Shown here in pieces: positions 46,237-55,255 of a stretch of 64,000 nucleotides of DNA. Below the pieces are notes generated by a model that saw nothing but the letters and a program-made list of their open reading frames with translations, did not search any database and was not told the origin of the DNA. The position numbers were made by a program, and so were the translations under genes. Source of the DNA: Bacteroidales bacterium (GTDB lineage: Bacteria; Bacteroidota; Bacteroidia; Bacteroidales; WCHB1-69); assembly GCA_017962845.1 (NCBI GenBank), contig JAGCUN010000011.1, positions 65,192-129,191 of the forward strand, written 5' to 3'. Position 1 is the stretch's first letter. The number at the start of each line of letters is the position of its first letter.

Positions 46237-47073
46237 ATGAAAGAAGAAGGATTACAACTGTTTGAAGGTTTGAGAGAATTTTGCACGGGAGTGCTGTTCC
46301 AGTACGTTCCTAAGTTGCTCTACTCACTGCTTTTTCTGTTTATTGGCTGGAAACTGATAAAGTGGTTTACGGGTTTTTTGCACAAAATTTTTGTCAAAAA
46401 GAAATTCGATAAATCGCTTCAATCTTTTCTCCATTCTGTCATCGACATTGTGCTGAAAACCTTGCTCATTATCGCTGTTGCGGAGATGTTGGGCATCCAG
46501 ATGACTTCCTTCATTGCCATCTTGGGAGCGGCTGGCTTGGCGGTCGGTATGGCGCTGCAAGGCACTTTGCAGAATTTTGCCGGTGGGGTTATCATCTTGA
46601 TACTGAAGCCTTTCAAAGTGGGGGATTTTATTGAGCAGGGCGGTCTGTCCGGCACGGTTCAGGAAATCCAGATTTTCAATACCATCCTGCGAACTTTAGA
46701 CAACAAAATTGTGATTGTACCTAACACACAATTGGCCACTAACACGGTGACCAACTACACGCGTAGCGGTAAGCGCCGTGTGGAGGTGAACGTGGGCATT
46801 GCCTATGGCGAGGATGTGAACAAGGCACGCGAGGTGTTGGTGGAGATGACGAAAAAATACCCGCTCATCATGCAGGACGAAGGCAACGAGCCCAGCGTTG
46901 TAGTGATGGGGTTGGGCAACAGTTCCGTTGATTTGCAGGTGCGGGCATGGGTGAAATCGGAAGATTATCTCTCCATCTTGGCCGCCTTGCAGCAAGACAC
47001 TTACGAGACATTGGGAAAGAATAACATCGAGATACCGTTCAGTCAGATGACGGTTCACATTAACAACAAATAA
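46237..47073 (+). CDS. Small-conductance mechanosensitive channel (MscS family)
   Basis: The pore helix and beta-domain junction LQGTLQNFAGGVIILILKPFKVGDFIE is typical of MscS. Confidence 0.85.
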   Translation: MKEEGLQLFEGLREFCTGVLFQYVPKLLYSLLFLFIGWKLIKWFTGFLHKIFVKKKFDKSLQSFLHSVIDIVLKTLLIIAVAEMLGIQMTSFIAILGAAGLAVGMALQGTLQNFAGGVIILILKPFKVGDFIEQGGLSGTVQEIQIFNTILRTLDNKIVIVPNTQLATNTVTNYTRSGKRRVEVNVGIAYGEDVNKAREVLVEMTKKYPLIMQDEGNEPSVVVMGLGNSSVDLQVRAWVKSEDYLSILAALQQDTYETLGKNNIEIPFSQMTVHINNK

Positions 47074-47075
47074 CT

Positions 47076-48176
47076 ATGGGGAAGAAAATTTTAGTAGCCA
47101 CCGGCGGTGGTGACTGTCCGGGACTCAACGCGGTGATTCGCGGCATCGTGAAACGTGCGGCGCAAGAGCCTGATATGAAAGTATATGGCTGTGTGGAGTC
47201 GTTCAATGGCATTTTGCGCGACACGGTAGATATTCGCCGGTTGACCGAGAGTGATGTGGCTGGCATTCACGTGCAGGGCGGTACCATCATCAAGACCACC
47301 AACAAGGGCGGCCCATTCCATTTCCCCGTTCGCCAACCTGACGGCTCATGGGTGATAGAAGACCGCTCACAGCTGATGAAACAACGCTTTGAAGAGATGG
47401 GCTTTGATGCCATCATCAACATCGGCGGCGACGGCTCACAGCGTATCTCCCTGCAATTGGCCAAGATGGGCTTCAATGTGGTGGGTGTGCCGAAAACCAT
47501 CGACAACGACCTGTCGTGTACCGACTTCACCTTCGGTTTCCAGACCGCAGTGGAGATTGCCACGGAGGCTTTCGACAAGTTGGTGACCACCGCTTCGAGT
47601 CACAACCGAGTGTTCATCATGGAGGTGATGGGGCGCGACGCGGGATGGATTGCGCTGAACACCGCCATCGCAGGCGGTGCCGAGGTGTGCATCATCCCCG
47701 AAATCCCCTACGACCCGCGTATCATCGCCAATAAGATTGCCTCGCGCTACCAGAACAACTACGGCTTCTGCAACATCGTCATCGCAGAAGGTGCCAAATC
47801 GCTGGACGGCAAGGTGACTGGCGTGGCTCCCACCGCTGTCGGCGACCGCCACATCAAACTGGGCGGCGTGGGCGAGAAGCTGAAAGCAGAACTGGAGGCC
47901 ATCGGCATCGAGCACGACATCCGCGTGACCGTGCTGGGACACCTGCAGCGCGGTGGCACTCCCATCGCCTACGACCGCGTGCTGGCCACCGAATTCGGCG
48001 TGAAGGCCGTGGAACTCATCAAGGAAGAGAAATATGGCAACATGGTGGTTTACAACCATCCCAAAATCTCCTATGTCTCGCTCGAAAAGGCCTTGGAGAC
48101 CCCCAACTTTGTGAAACCCGCCACCAGCGATTTGGTCCGCACCGCCCGTGGTGTGGGCATCTCCTTCGGCGACTAA
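47076..48176 (+). CDS. pfkA: 6-phosphofructokinase
   Basis: GGGDCPGLNAVIRG, IGGDGS, PKTIDND and MGRDAG motifs. ATP versus PPi dependence cannot be decided by eye. Confidence 0.85.
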   Translation: MGKKILVATGGGDCPGLNAVIRGIVKRAAQEPDMKVYGCVESFNGILRDTVDIRRLTESDVAGIHVQGGTIIKTTNKGGPFHFPVRQPDGSWVIEDRSQLMKQRFEEMGFDAIINIGGDGSQRISLQLAKMGFNVVGVPKTIDNDLSCTDFTFGFQTAVEIATEAFDKLVTTASSHNRVFIMEVMGRDAGWIALNTAIAGGAEVCIIPEIPYDPRIIANKIASRYQNNYGFCNIVIAEGAKSLDGKVTGVAPTAVGDRHIKLGGVGEKLKAELEAIGIEHDIRVTVLGHLQRGGTPIAYDRVLATEFGVKAVELIKEEKYGNMVVYNHPKISYVSLEKALETPNFVKPATSDLVRTARGVGISFGD

Positions 48177-48217
48177 CCCCTTCAAACATCATCCAAAACA
48201 AAAAAATCGAAAACTAT

Positions 48218-49366
48218 ATGGATAATTTCATCGTATCAGCCCGAAAGTACCGTCCGACCACCTTCAACTCGGTGGTGGGTCAGGAGCATATCACCTCGAC
48301 GCTGAAGAATGCCATCAAAACCCATCAGGTGGCGCAGACTTTCCTGTTCTGTGGACCGAGGGGGGTGGGCAAAACCACCTGTGCGCGTATCTTCGCCAAG
48401 GCCCTCAACTGCGACAACCCCACACCCGACTTCGAGCCGTGCAACGAGTGCGAGTCGTGCAAGGCCTTCAACGCATCGGCTTCGTTCAACGTGTATGAGC
48501 TCGACGCGGCCTCCAACAATTCTGTGGAGGACATCCGCGCCCTGGTCGAGCAGGTGCGCCTGGCCCCAGTGGGCGCCAAATACAAGGTGTATATCATCGA
48601 TGAGGTTCACATGCTGTCGCAGTCGGCCTTCAACGCCTTCCTCAAGACCTTGGAGGAACCGCCCGCGTACGCCAAGTTCATCATGGCCACTACTGAAAAG
48701 CACAAGATTATCCCGACCATCCTCTCGCGCTGCCAAGTCTATGATTTTAGGCGCATCAAGGAGACGGATATTATGAAGCACTTGCAATATGTAGCTGAAA
48801 AAGAAGGTGTTAAAGCGGAAGAAGAAGCGCTGCGTGTGGTGGCTACCAAGGCCGATGGCGCTCTGCGTGACGCCCTCTCCATCTTCGACCAGCTGGTGAG
48901 CTTCTCGGGCAGCAACATCACCTACGAGGCGGCTGTGACCAACCTCAACGTGCTGGATGTGGACAACTACTTCAAGATGGTGGATGCCCTGTTTGACGAA
49001 GACACCACCAAGCCGCTGCTGCTTTTTGATGAGATTTTGGAAAAAGGATTTGATGGCCAGAACTTTATCGCCGGACTTGCCTCCCACTTCCGCAACCTTT
49101 TGGTGGCACAAAACAGTCAGACGGTCAAGCTGATGGAGGTGGCTGACACCATCAAGCAGAAATTCATTGCACAAGCTCAAAACGCTGATAAAGCATTGTT
49201 GATGAGAGCTTTGGAGATGACCAGCAAGTGCGATTTCAACTATAAGGCTGCGACCAACAAACGACTGTTGGTGGAGATTTGTCTGATGCAAATCAATGCC
49301 AACTACATTTGGTTAAAGAAGAAAGGCGCACAGGTAGCATTCGCGAGGCAACCACGGGAGTGCTGA
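48218..49366 (+). CDS. dnaX: DNA polymerase III subunit gamma/tau, ATPase core only (domains I-III); the ORF ends prematurely relative to full-length tau
   Basis: Walker A FCGPRGVGKTT, zinc module CDNPTPDFEPCNECESC, Walker B IIDEVHML, and sensor ILSRCQ. It stops at TGA 49364-49366 right after domain III. Confidence 0.9.
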   Translation: MDNFIVSARKYRPTTFNSVVGQEHITSTLKNAIKTHQVAQTFLFCGPRGVGKTTCARIFAKALNCDNPTPDFEPCNECESCKAFNASASFNVYELDAASNNSVEDIRALVEQVRLAPVGAKYKVYIIDEVHMLSQSAFNAFLKTLEEPPAYAKFIMATTEKHKIIPTILSRCQVYDFRRIKETDIMKHLQYVAEKEGVKAEEEALRVVATKADGALRDALSIFDQLVSFSGSNITYEAAVTNLNVLDVDNYFKMVDALFDEDTTKPLLLFDEILEKGFDGQNFIAGLASHFRNLLVAQNSQTVKLMEVADTIKQKFIAQAQNADKALLMRALEMTSKCDFNYKAATNKRLLVEICLMQINANYIWLKKKGAQVAFARQPREC

Positions 49367-49400
49367 AAATCCAAGTCTGTCCGCACCGATACAAGGTATC

Positions 49401-50147
49401 GTGGATACGCGGACCCCAGTGAAATCCTCGATGGGATTTGTCTCACCTGACGCCATCGTCAGCCCCAGTCCGTCCATCCGGAACCTGGTACACGACCCCG
49501 CCCCGAAGAATGTTGCGCCGGCACCGACAACCATACCGACACCGGCCGCAACAGAACCCGCAATTGTTACGCCGGAACCAACGCCGACCGTAACCGAATC
49601 CGCAATCGTAGAGACGCGCCAGGGCACGTCTCTACAACAAAATACCGAACCAACGCCGGCCGAAACCGAACCCACAATCGTAGAGACGCGCCAGGGCACG
49701 TCTCTACAACAACAACAAAACGATACCCCCATACAGGATGTCGAAACCCCACAGCAACCCGCATCATCCCCCGTGGAAAATCCCGAAAATTATTTTGAGA
49801 AATTCAAGGAACAATGGGATGCGATGGTGGACAATGTCTTCAGCAAGGTGCCTACCCTTCTGACGCCGCTGAAGAACTACCCACTGGAGGTGAAAAACAA
49901 TGTGGTGTATCTGAAATTGCGGAACAGCATGCAGGTGGATGATTTCTCTATCAAGAAAGTCGCTGTCCTGCAATATCTTCGCAATCATTTCGACCCCAAC
50001 ATCAACGATGTGGAGGTGTCGATTGACGACAAGACCGAGCTGAAAAAGTATATTTTGGACGAAAAAGACAAAATTCAGGAGCTGCAGCATCAGAACCCTG
50101 ATTTTGCCGAATTTATGCAAACCCTTCATCTACAATCGTGTAATTAA
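49401..50147 (+). CDS. DnaX tau-like linker and C-terminal domain, encoded in the +1 frame relative to dnaX (either a separate ORF or the 3' part of a frameshifted gene)
   Basis: This frame is open from 49338, after TAG 49335-49337. It has a Pro/Thr-rich linker, then a conserved-looking C-terminal domain (YFEKFKEQWDAMV..VYLKLRNSMQVDDF..LQYLRNHF). Bacteroidota DnaX normally carries such a tail in one polypeptide. Confidence 0.6.
   Translation: MDTRTPVKSSMGFVSPDAIVSPSPSIRNLVHDPAPKNVAPAPTTIPTPAATEPAIVTPEPTPTVTESAIVETRQGTSLQQNTEPTPAETEPTIVETRQGTSLQQQQNDTPIQDVETPQQPASSPVENPENYFEKFKEQWDAMVDNVFSKVPTLLTPLKNYPLEVKNNVVYLKLRNSMQVDDFSIKKVAVLQYLRNHFDPNINDVEVSIDDKTELKKYILDEKDKIQELQHQNPDFAEFMQTLHLQSCN
49575..49718 (+). 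repeat. Tandem 72-bp duplication, each unit containing one palindromic element (copies 5 and 6 at 49608-49635 and 49680-49707)
   Basis: Unit 1 (49575-49646) and unit 2 (49647-49718) each contain GTAGAGACGCGCCAGGGCACGTCTCTAC. They translate as EPTP..IVETRQGTSLQQ twice. Confidence 0.9.
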
Positions 50148-50153
50148 TTCATC

Positions 50154-50942
50154 ATGAAGAAAATATTCTCACTCATTCTGACGATGTTGACCATCACCCT
50201 TTATGGGCAGGAGGAGGTGAATGCTTACGATGAGTTGTCGGTTTGGGGGAAATATTCGGGTGAAAATCTCTATGTGCTGAATCCTTCAGAAAATGGAACT
50301 TTCAGTGTAAAAGAGGTTTATGTGGATGGGAAAGCATTGGAGTTTTGCCAAGAGTCGAATGCGTTTGAAATTCCGTTGGAGGGGCATGAGCTGAACAGTT
50401 TCGTATATGTGAAAATCGTTCATCTTCCTCAAATCAAACCTTTGATTATCAATGAAGAAAGTCTGATAAAAGAGTCGGAATTCTCGTTACCTTCTTTCGT
50501 TTATAATAAGAAGAGCAAATTGTTGGAATGGAAGGCTGCGGAGATGGATGCCGCGTGCAGTTATCGGTTGGAGCAGATGTTGTATGGAAAATGGGTGGTA
50601 GTGAAGAAATTAGGGAAGCCTACTGATATGTTGGCGGAGAATTTTCTGCCCGTGCAGCTCAGTGGGATGAACCTGTTTAGGATTGTGCAGACCGATGAGG
50701 GTGGGCAGGAGCTGTCGTCGCCGGTGGTGAAGTTGAAGTGCCCCAATCGCAAGATCTTACTCCTGACCGACAAGGTGAAGGAATTTATTGAGTTTACGGA
50801 AGTTACACATTACGAACTGTACGATGCTAACGGCACGTTCCTGAAGCGTGGAACGGCGAAAAAGGTCAGTGTGACAGACCTTCCCAAAGGCACGTATTGG
50901 GTGAATTTTGATGGAAAAGAGGCAGTAATCACAAAAAAATAG
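50154..50942 (+). CDS. Hypothetical secreted protein
   Basis: Signal peptide MKKIFSLILTMLTITLYGQ. The C-terminal beta-rich segment (YELYDANGTFL..LPKGTYWVNF) loosely resembles a T9SS-type sorting domain. Confidence 0.5.
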   Translation: MKKIFSLILTMLTITLYGQEEVNAYDELSVWGKYSGENLYVLNPSENGTFSVKEVYVDGKALEFCQESNAFEIPLEGHELNSFVYVKIVHLPQIKPLIINEESLIKESEFSLPSFVYNKKSKLLEWKAAEMDAACSYRLEQMLYGKWVVVKKLGKPTDMLAENFLPVQLSGMNLFRIVQTDEGGQELSSPVVKLKCPNRKILLLTDKVKEFIEFTEVTHYELYDANGTFLKRGTAKKVSVTDLPKGTYWVNFDGKEAVITKK

Positions 50943-50946
50943 AGCT

Positions 50947-51267
50947 ATGCAACTCGACAAACCCTATTACAGCATTTCTGAAACGGCCCAGATGTTCAAC
51001 GTGAATACCTCATTACTAAGGTATTGGGAGAAGGAGTTCACACAGATCAAGCCATTCAAGAACAAAAAGGGAGACCGTTATTTTACCCCGAAAGACATCG
51101 AAATCATACAAATCATTTATAATTTGACGAAGATACAAGGCTACACTTTGCAAGGGGCGAAAGATGAGTTGAAACGGGCCTACGGCAAGCATGCTTCGCA
51201 GGCGCAGGCAGTGGCTACTTTGCGTGAAATTAGAGAAAAATTGATAGCCATACGCGACAGTCTTTAA
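50947..51267 (+). CDS. MerR-family transcriptional regulator (small)
   Basis: The HTH region YYSISETAQMFNVNTSLLRYWEKEF is typical of the MerR N-terminal domain. Confidence 0.8.
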   Translation: MQLDKPYYSISETAQMFNVNTSLLRYWEKEFTQIKPFKNKKGDRYFTPKDIEIIQIIYNLTKIQGYTLQGAKDELKRAYGKHASQAQAVATLREIREKLIAIRDSL

Positions 51268-51307
51268 AAAAATGAAAAAACATCTGCCATAACTCCTAAC
51301 ATTTTTG

Positions 51308-51315
51308 TATTTTTG
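51308..51315 (+). promoter_or_regulatory. Bacteroidota -7 promoter box (TAnnTTTG)
   Basis: TATTTTTG lies 45 nt upstream of ATG 51360. Confidence 0.45.
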
Positions 51316-51359
51316 TCGCTTCATTTAAAAGATAATCAATATCAAATCAAAATAATATT

Positions 51360-53504
51360 ATGCGTCCTGATTTTAGTAAAGTCACTCACAGAACCGCCCC
51401 GAAAAACAAAGAGAGTTTTCAGGAGTGGTCGAAAGTGAATCACATTGATTTTAATCGGCTTACGGCGGAACAGATTCCTTGTAAGCCAGTTTATGGGAAA
51501 GAAGATTTAGAAGGTATGGAGCATCTGAACTATGCTGCAGGTATCGCCCCCTTCTTACGCGGACCCTACTCCACCATGTACGTGATGCGTCCGTGGACTA
51601 TCCGTCAATACGCCGGTTTTTCTACCGCAGAAGAGTCCAACGCCTTCTACCGTCGCAACATCGCCGCCGGTCAGAAAGGTCTGTCCGTTGCCTTCGACTT
51701 GGCCACACACCGCGGCTATGATGCTGATCACGAGCGCGTTTTGGGAGATGTGGGTAAGGCTGGTGTGAGTATCTGCTCAGTGGAAGACATGAAGGTGCTT
51801 TTCAACCAGATTCCGTTGAACAAGATGTCCGTGTCTATGACGATGAACGGTGCCGTGATGCCCATCCTGGCTTTCTACATTGTGGCCGCCTTGGAGCAAG
51901 GGGCCAAGTTTGAGGAGTTGCAGGGGACCATCCAGAACGACATCTTGAAGGAGTTCATGGTGCGCAACACCTACATTTATCCGCCGGAGCACTCCATGCG
52001 GATTATCGCCGACATCTTTGAGTTCACCTCTCAGAATATGCCGAAATTCAACAGCATCTCCATCTCCGGCTACCATATGCAGGAGGCAGGTGCTACCTCC
52101 GATATTGAGATGGCCTACACGCTGGCCGACGGTTGGGACTACCTCCGTACGGGTGTGAAGGCCGGTTTGGACATTGATGCCTTCGCACCGCGTCTCTCCT
52201 TCTTCTGGTGCTCGGGAATGAACCATTTCATGGAGATTGCCAAGATGCGCGCCGCCCGTATGCTCTGGGCCAAGATTGTGAGTACTTTCAATCCCAAGAA
52301 TCCGAAATCATTGGCTTTGCGTACCCATACGCAGACATCAGGCTGGTCGCTCACCGAGCAAGACCCGTTCAACAATGTGGCTCGTACCTGCATCGAGGCT
52401 ATGGGAGCTGCCCTGGGTCACACCCAGTCGCTGCATACCAACGCCTTGGACGAGGCTATCGCTCTGCCGACCGACTTCAGCGCCCGTATCGCGCGTAACA
52501 CGCAGATTTACATTCAGGAAGAGACCAACGTGTGCCGTGTGGTGGACCCGTGGGCTGGTTCCTACTATGTGGAGACGCTGACCAACGAGCTGGCGCACCG
52601 TGCTTGGAAGCACATCCAGGAGGTGGAATCGCTCGGCGGTATGGCCAAGGCTATCGAGACTGGCATCCCGAAGATGCGTATCGAGGAGGCCGCAGCCCGC
52701 AAGCAGGCCCGTATCGACTCGGGTACCGAAAGCATCATCGGTGTCAACAAATACCGTTTGGAGAAGGAAGATCCGATAGAAACTCTCGAGGTGGACAACA
52801 CCGTGGTGCGCGAGGCGCAGATCAAGCGTTTGCAGGAGCTGCGTGCCAACCGTAACAACGAAGAGGTGCAGGCCGCACTCGAGGCCATCACCGAGTGTGC
52901 GAAGAGCGGCAAGGGCAACCTGCTGGCGCTCTCCATCGACGCCGCCCAGAAGCGCGCCACCCTCGGCGAGATCTCCTTCGCAATGGAAAAAGTATTCGGA
53001 CGTTATAAAGCGAAAATAAATTTGATTACAGGCGTGTACAGTTCACAGCAAGAAAACAACGACACTTACAAGAAAGCGTGCGCCATGGCCGACGCTTTTG
53101 CAAAGAAAGAGGGACGTCGTCCCCGTATCATGGTGGCCAAGATGGGTCAGGACGGTCACGACCGTGGTGCCAAGGTGGTAGCCACCGGTTATGCCGACAT
53201 CGGTTTTGATGTGGATATGGGTCCGTTGTTCCAGACCCCGGCGGAAGCTGCCAAGCAGGCAGTGGAGAATGACGTTCATGTGATGGGGGTCTCCTCTCTG
53301 GCCGCTGGTCACAAGACACTGGTACCGCAGGTGATTGAGGAACTTAAGAAGCTTGGCCGCGAGGATATCATCGTGGTGGTGGGTGGTGTGATTCCGCCGC
53401 AGGACTACGACTTCCTCTATAAAGCTGGTGCCGCCGCCATTTTCGGTCCTGGCAGCATTATCAGCGAATGTGCCATCAAGATCCTGGAGATTTTGGAAGC
53501 TTAA
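51360..53504 (+). CDS. Methylmalonyl-CoA mutase, large (catalytic) chain with C-terminal B12-binding domain
   Basis: [18 protein letters not shown] and [15 protein letters not shown], plus the cobalamin-binding DxHxxG motif ([12 protein letters not shown]). No mutA-like small subunit is adjacent. Confidence 0.92.
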   Translation: MRPDFSKVTHRTAPKNKESFQEWSKVNHIDFNRLTAEQIPCKPVYGKEDLEGMEHLNYAAGIAPFLRGPYSTMYVMRPWTIRQYAGFSTAEESNAFYRRNIAAGQKGLSVAFDLATHRGYDADHERVLGDVGKAGVSICSVEDMKVLFNQIPLNKMSVSMTMNGAVMPILAFYIVAALEQGAKFEELQGTIQNDILKEFMVRNTYIYPPEHSMRIIADIFEFTSQNMPKFNSISISGYHMQEAGATSDIEMAYTLADGWDYLRTGVKAGLDIDAFAPRLSFFWCSGMNHFMEIAKMRAARMLWAKIVSTFNPKNPKSLALRTHTQTSGWSLTEQDPFNNVARTCIEAMGAALGHTQSLHTNALDEAIALPTDFSARIARNTQIYIQEETNVCRVVDPWAGSYYVETLTNELAHRAWKHIQEVESLGGMAKAIETGIPKMRIEEAAARKQARIDSGTESIIGVNKYRLEKEDPIETLEVDNTVVREAQIKRLQELRANRNNEEVQAALEAITECAKSGKGNLLALSIDAAQKRATLGEISFAMEKVFGRYKAKINLITGVYSSQQENNDTYKKACAMADAFAKKEGRRPRIMVAKMGQDGHDRGAKVVATGYADIGFDVDMGPLFQTPAEAAKQAVENDVHVMGVSSLAAGHKTLVPQVIEELKKLGREDIIVVVGGVIPPQDYDFLYKAGAAAIFGPGSIISECAIKILEILEA

Positions 53505-53545
53505 AGTTGTGTTTTATTTTCTATTCATTTAATAATTATTGAGAT

Positions 53546-54835
53546 ATGAAACTCAAATTGATATACCCCAAGTGGAAAAAACTACCTGGTCAGACCACCT
53601 TTACATTACCTCCTCATGGCCCCGTGGTTTATGCCGCCACCCTGCCCGAGTATGTGGACGTTTCTTTCACCGATGAGAACGTGGAAGATTTGGATTTTGA
53701 TGAAGAATGCGATGCGGTGGCCATCTCCATGATGCTCTCTACGCAGGTGAAGCGCGGATGGGCTATCGCCGATGAGTACCGACGCAGAGGCAAAAAGGTG
53801 ATGTTCGGTGGTATCTCCACCATGCTTCATGCGGAGGAGACGCTGCTCCATGCCGACAGCATCTTCTTGGGCGAAGCCGAAGGAAGACAGGAGCAGGTTT
53901 TTGACGATTTGAGAAAAGGCCAGCTGAAGAAGGTCTATAACTTTATGGGCAAACAGCCCCCCATTGAATTGGTAGGTCCTGCCCGCCGCGACCTTTACAA
54001 ACGGGAGCTGTACAACCATAAAGGCGTGCAGATGGTGGACTTGTTCCATGCCTCCCGTGGCTGTAAGTTCAGTTGCTACCCCTGTGCCGTCTCTTACCTC
54101 GGAGGCCGCTGCTTCCGCCCCCGTCCAGTGGAAAAAGCCATCGAAGAACTCGAGACCATCGACAATAACCGTCTCTTCATCGTAGATAACTCACTGGCAC
54201 AGTGTACAGAATGGGAAATGGACCTCTTCCGCGAGATGATCCCGCTGAAGAAGAAATGGATCAGCCATACCATTGAAGACAAGCCCGAAGTGCTGGACCT
54301 CGCCGCACAGGCAGGCGCCTGGTATGTGTATCAGGCGGTTTACGACACCTCCGACTATATCAAAGAGCGTGTGAAACGCTACCACGACTATGGTATCGGC
54401 GTGGAAGGAACCATCCTTTTAGGTCTTGACAACCAGACCGAAGACGACATCCTCCGTCTGATAGACTTCCTTTTGAAGATTGATCTGGACTTGGCCGAGT
54501 TCACCGTTTTGGCTCCTTTCCCGCACACCAAGGCCTACGATGACCTGATGCGACAAGGCCGTATTTTCGACCACGACTGGGACCATTACAATGCCGGTCA
54601 GGTGGTGTATCAGCCCAAGCACATGTCGCCGGAGAGATTGCAGGAGCTGTATGAGTATGCTTGGAAATCGTTCTATCAGGATGAGACTCAGGAAGAAAAG
54701 ATGTTCAAGCTGTTCACCAACGTGGTACTTCGTGAGATGGAAGACGGCACCTATCGTCCGCGTAACCGCAAGTTGGCCAACAAGACTTTCGGTAAAGATG
54801 TGGATCGTTCCGCTTCCAAAGTTAACCTTCGTTAA
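53546..54835 (+). CDS. B12-binding-domain radical SAM enzyme (class B), function unknown
   Basis: CX3CX2C cluster motif (ASRGCKFSCYPC), preceded by a Rossmann-like cobalamin-binding-type N-terminal domain (CDAVAISMMLSTQV..GKKVMFGG). Confidence 0.8.
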   Translation: MKLKLIYPKWKKLPGQTTFTLPPHGPVVYAATLPEYVDVSFTDENVEDLDFDEECDAVAISMMLSTQVKRGWAIADEYRRRGKKVMFGGISTMLHAEETLLHADSIFLGEAEGRQEQVFDDLRKGQLKKVYNFMGKQPPIELVGPARRDLYKRELYNHKGVQMVDLFHASRGCKFSCYPCAVSYLGGRCFRPRPVEKAIEELETIDNNRLFIVDNSLAQCTEWEMDLFREMIPLKKKWISHTIEDKPEVLDLAAQAGAWYVYQAVYDTSDYIKERVKRYHDYGIGVEGTILLGLDNQTEDDILRLIDFLLKIDLDLAEFTVLAPFPHTKAYDDLMRQGRIFDHDWDHYNAGQVVYQPKHMSPERLQELYEYAWKSFYQDETQEEKMFKLFTNVVLREMEDGTYRPRNRKLANKTFGKDVDRSASKVNLR

Positions 54836-54859
54836 TAATCTTAAAATCAAAATATTACC

Positions 54860-55228
54860 ATGAAAGTTCCTCCGAAATATTATGATGAGATTTTTGATTT
54901 TGCTGGTCAGTGGGATATGCCTTCCAAATGCGGATTGAAACTGATTCAGCGAGGCGACACTACCATTATCCTCACCACCGAACTGTATCAGGATAATCCT
55001 GGCAGTTCCATCACGTACACCGGCGGTTCGTTGATTAAGCAAGTTTGTGATGCTAAAAAATTGGATATCAATAAAATAACTTATATCGAATGCAATCCTG
55101 ACACGCATTCCAAATTGTCGTTTTATGATGAGGAGATGTTCCGTGTAAAATTCGACCTGCAAGACGGAATGCCCACCAATTTGCAGTACGAGCAGTTGAC
55201 TCAGGACGAAATCAAAAATCTTTTGTAA
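54860..55228 (+). CDS. Hypothetical protein (122 aa), no recognised domain
   Basis: The ORF lies 24 nt after the radical SAM gene and 27 nt before the esterase gene. Its codon usage resembles that of its neighbours. Confidence 0.5.
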   Translation: MKVPPKYYDEIFDFAGQWDMPSKCGLKLIQRGDTTIILTTELYQDNPGSSITYTGGSLIKQVCDAKKLDINKITYIECNPDTHSKLSFYDEEMFRVKFDLQDGMPTNLQYEQLTQDEIKNLL

Positions 55229-55255
55229 TTCTTCCCGTTTTTTGACCATTTCTGA

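Noticed and set aside
49313-49732. A minus-strand ORF contains a repeated CCRDVPWRVSTI peptide.
   Set aside because: It is the mirror translation of the palindromic elements and of the 72-bp duplication in the dnaX-linker ORF. It is not an independent gene.
51360-53504. The methylmalonyl-CoA mutase might be a pseudogene or an incomplete operon, because no MutA-type subunit gene is adjacent.
   Set aside because: The 714-aa ORF is intact with both substrate-domain and B12-domain motifs. Stand-alone homodimeric mutases are well known.
54419-55249. A 276-aa minus-strand ORF lies opposite the end of the radical SAM gene and the 122-aa ORF.
   Set aside because: It is antisense to a gene with a clear CX3CX2C radical SAM core, has no recognisable motifs, and has no -7 promoter box upstream.
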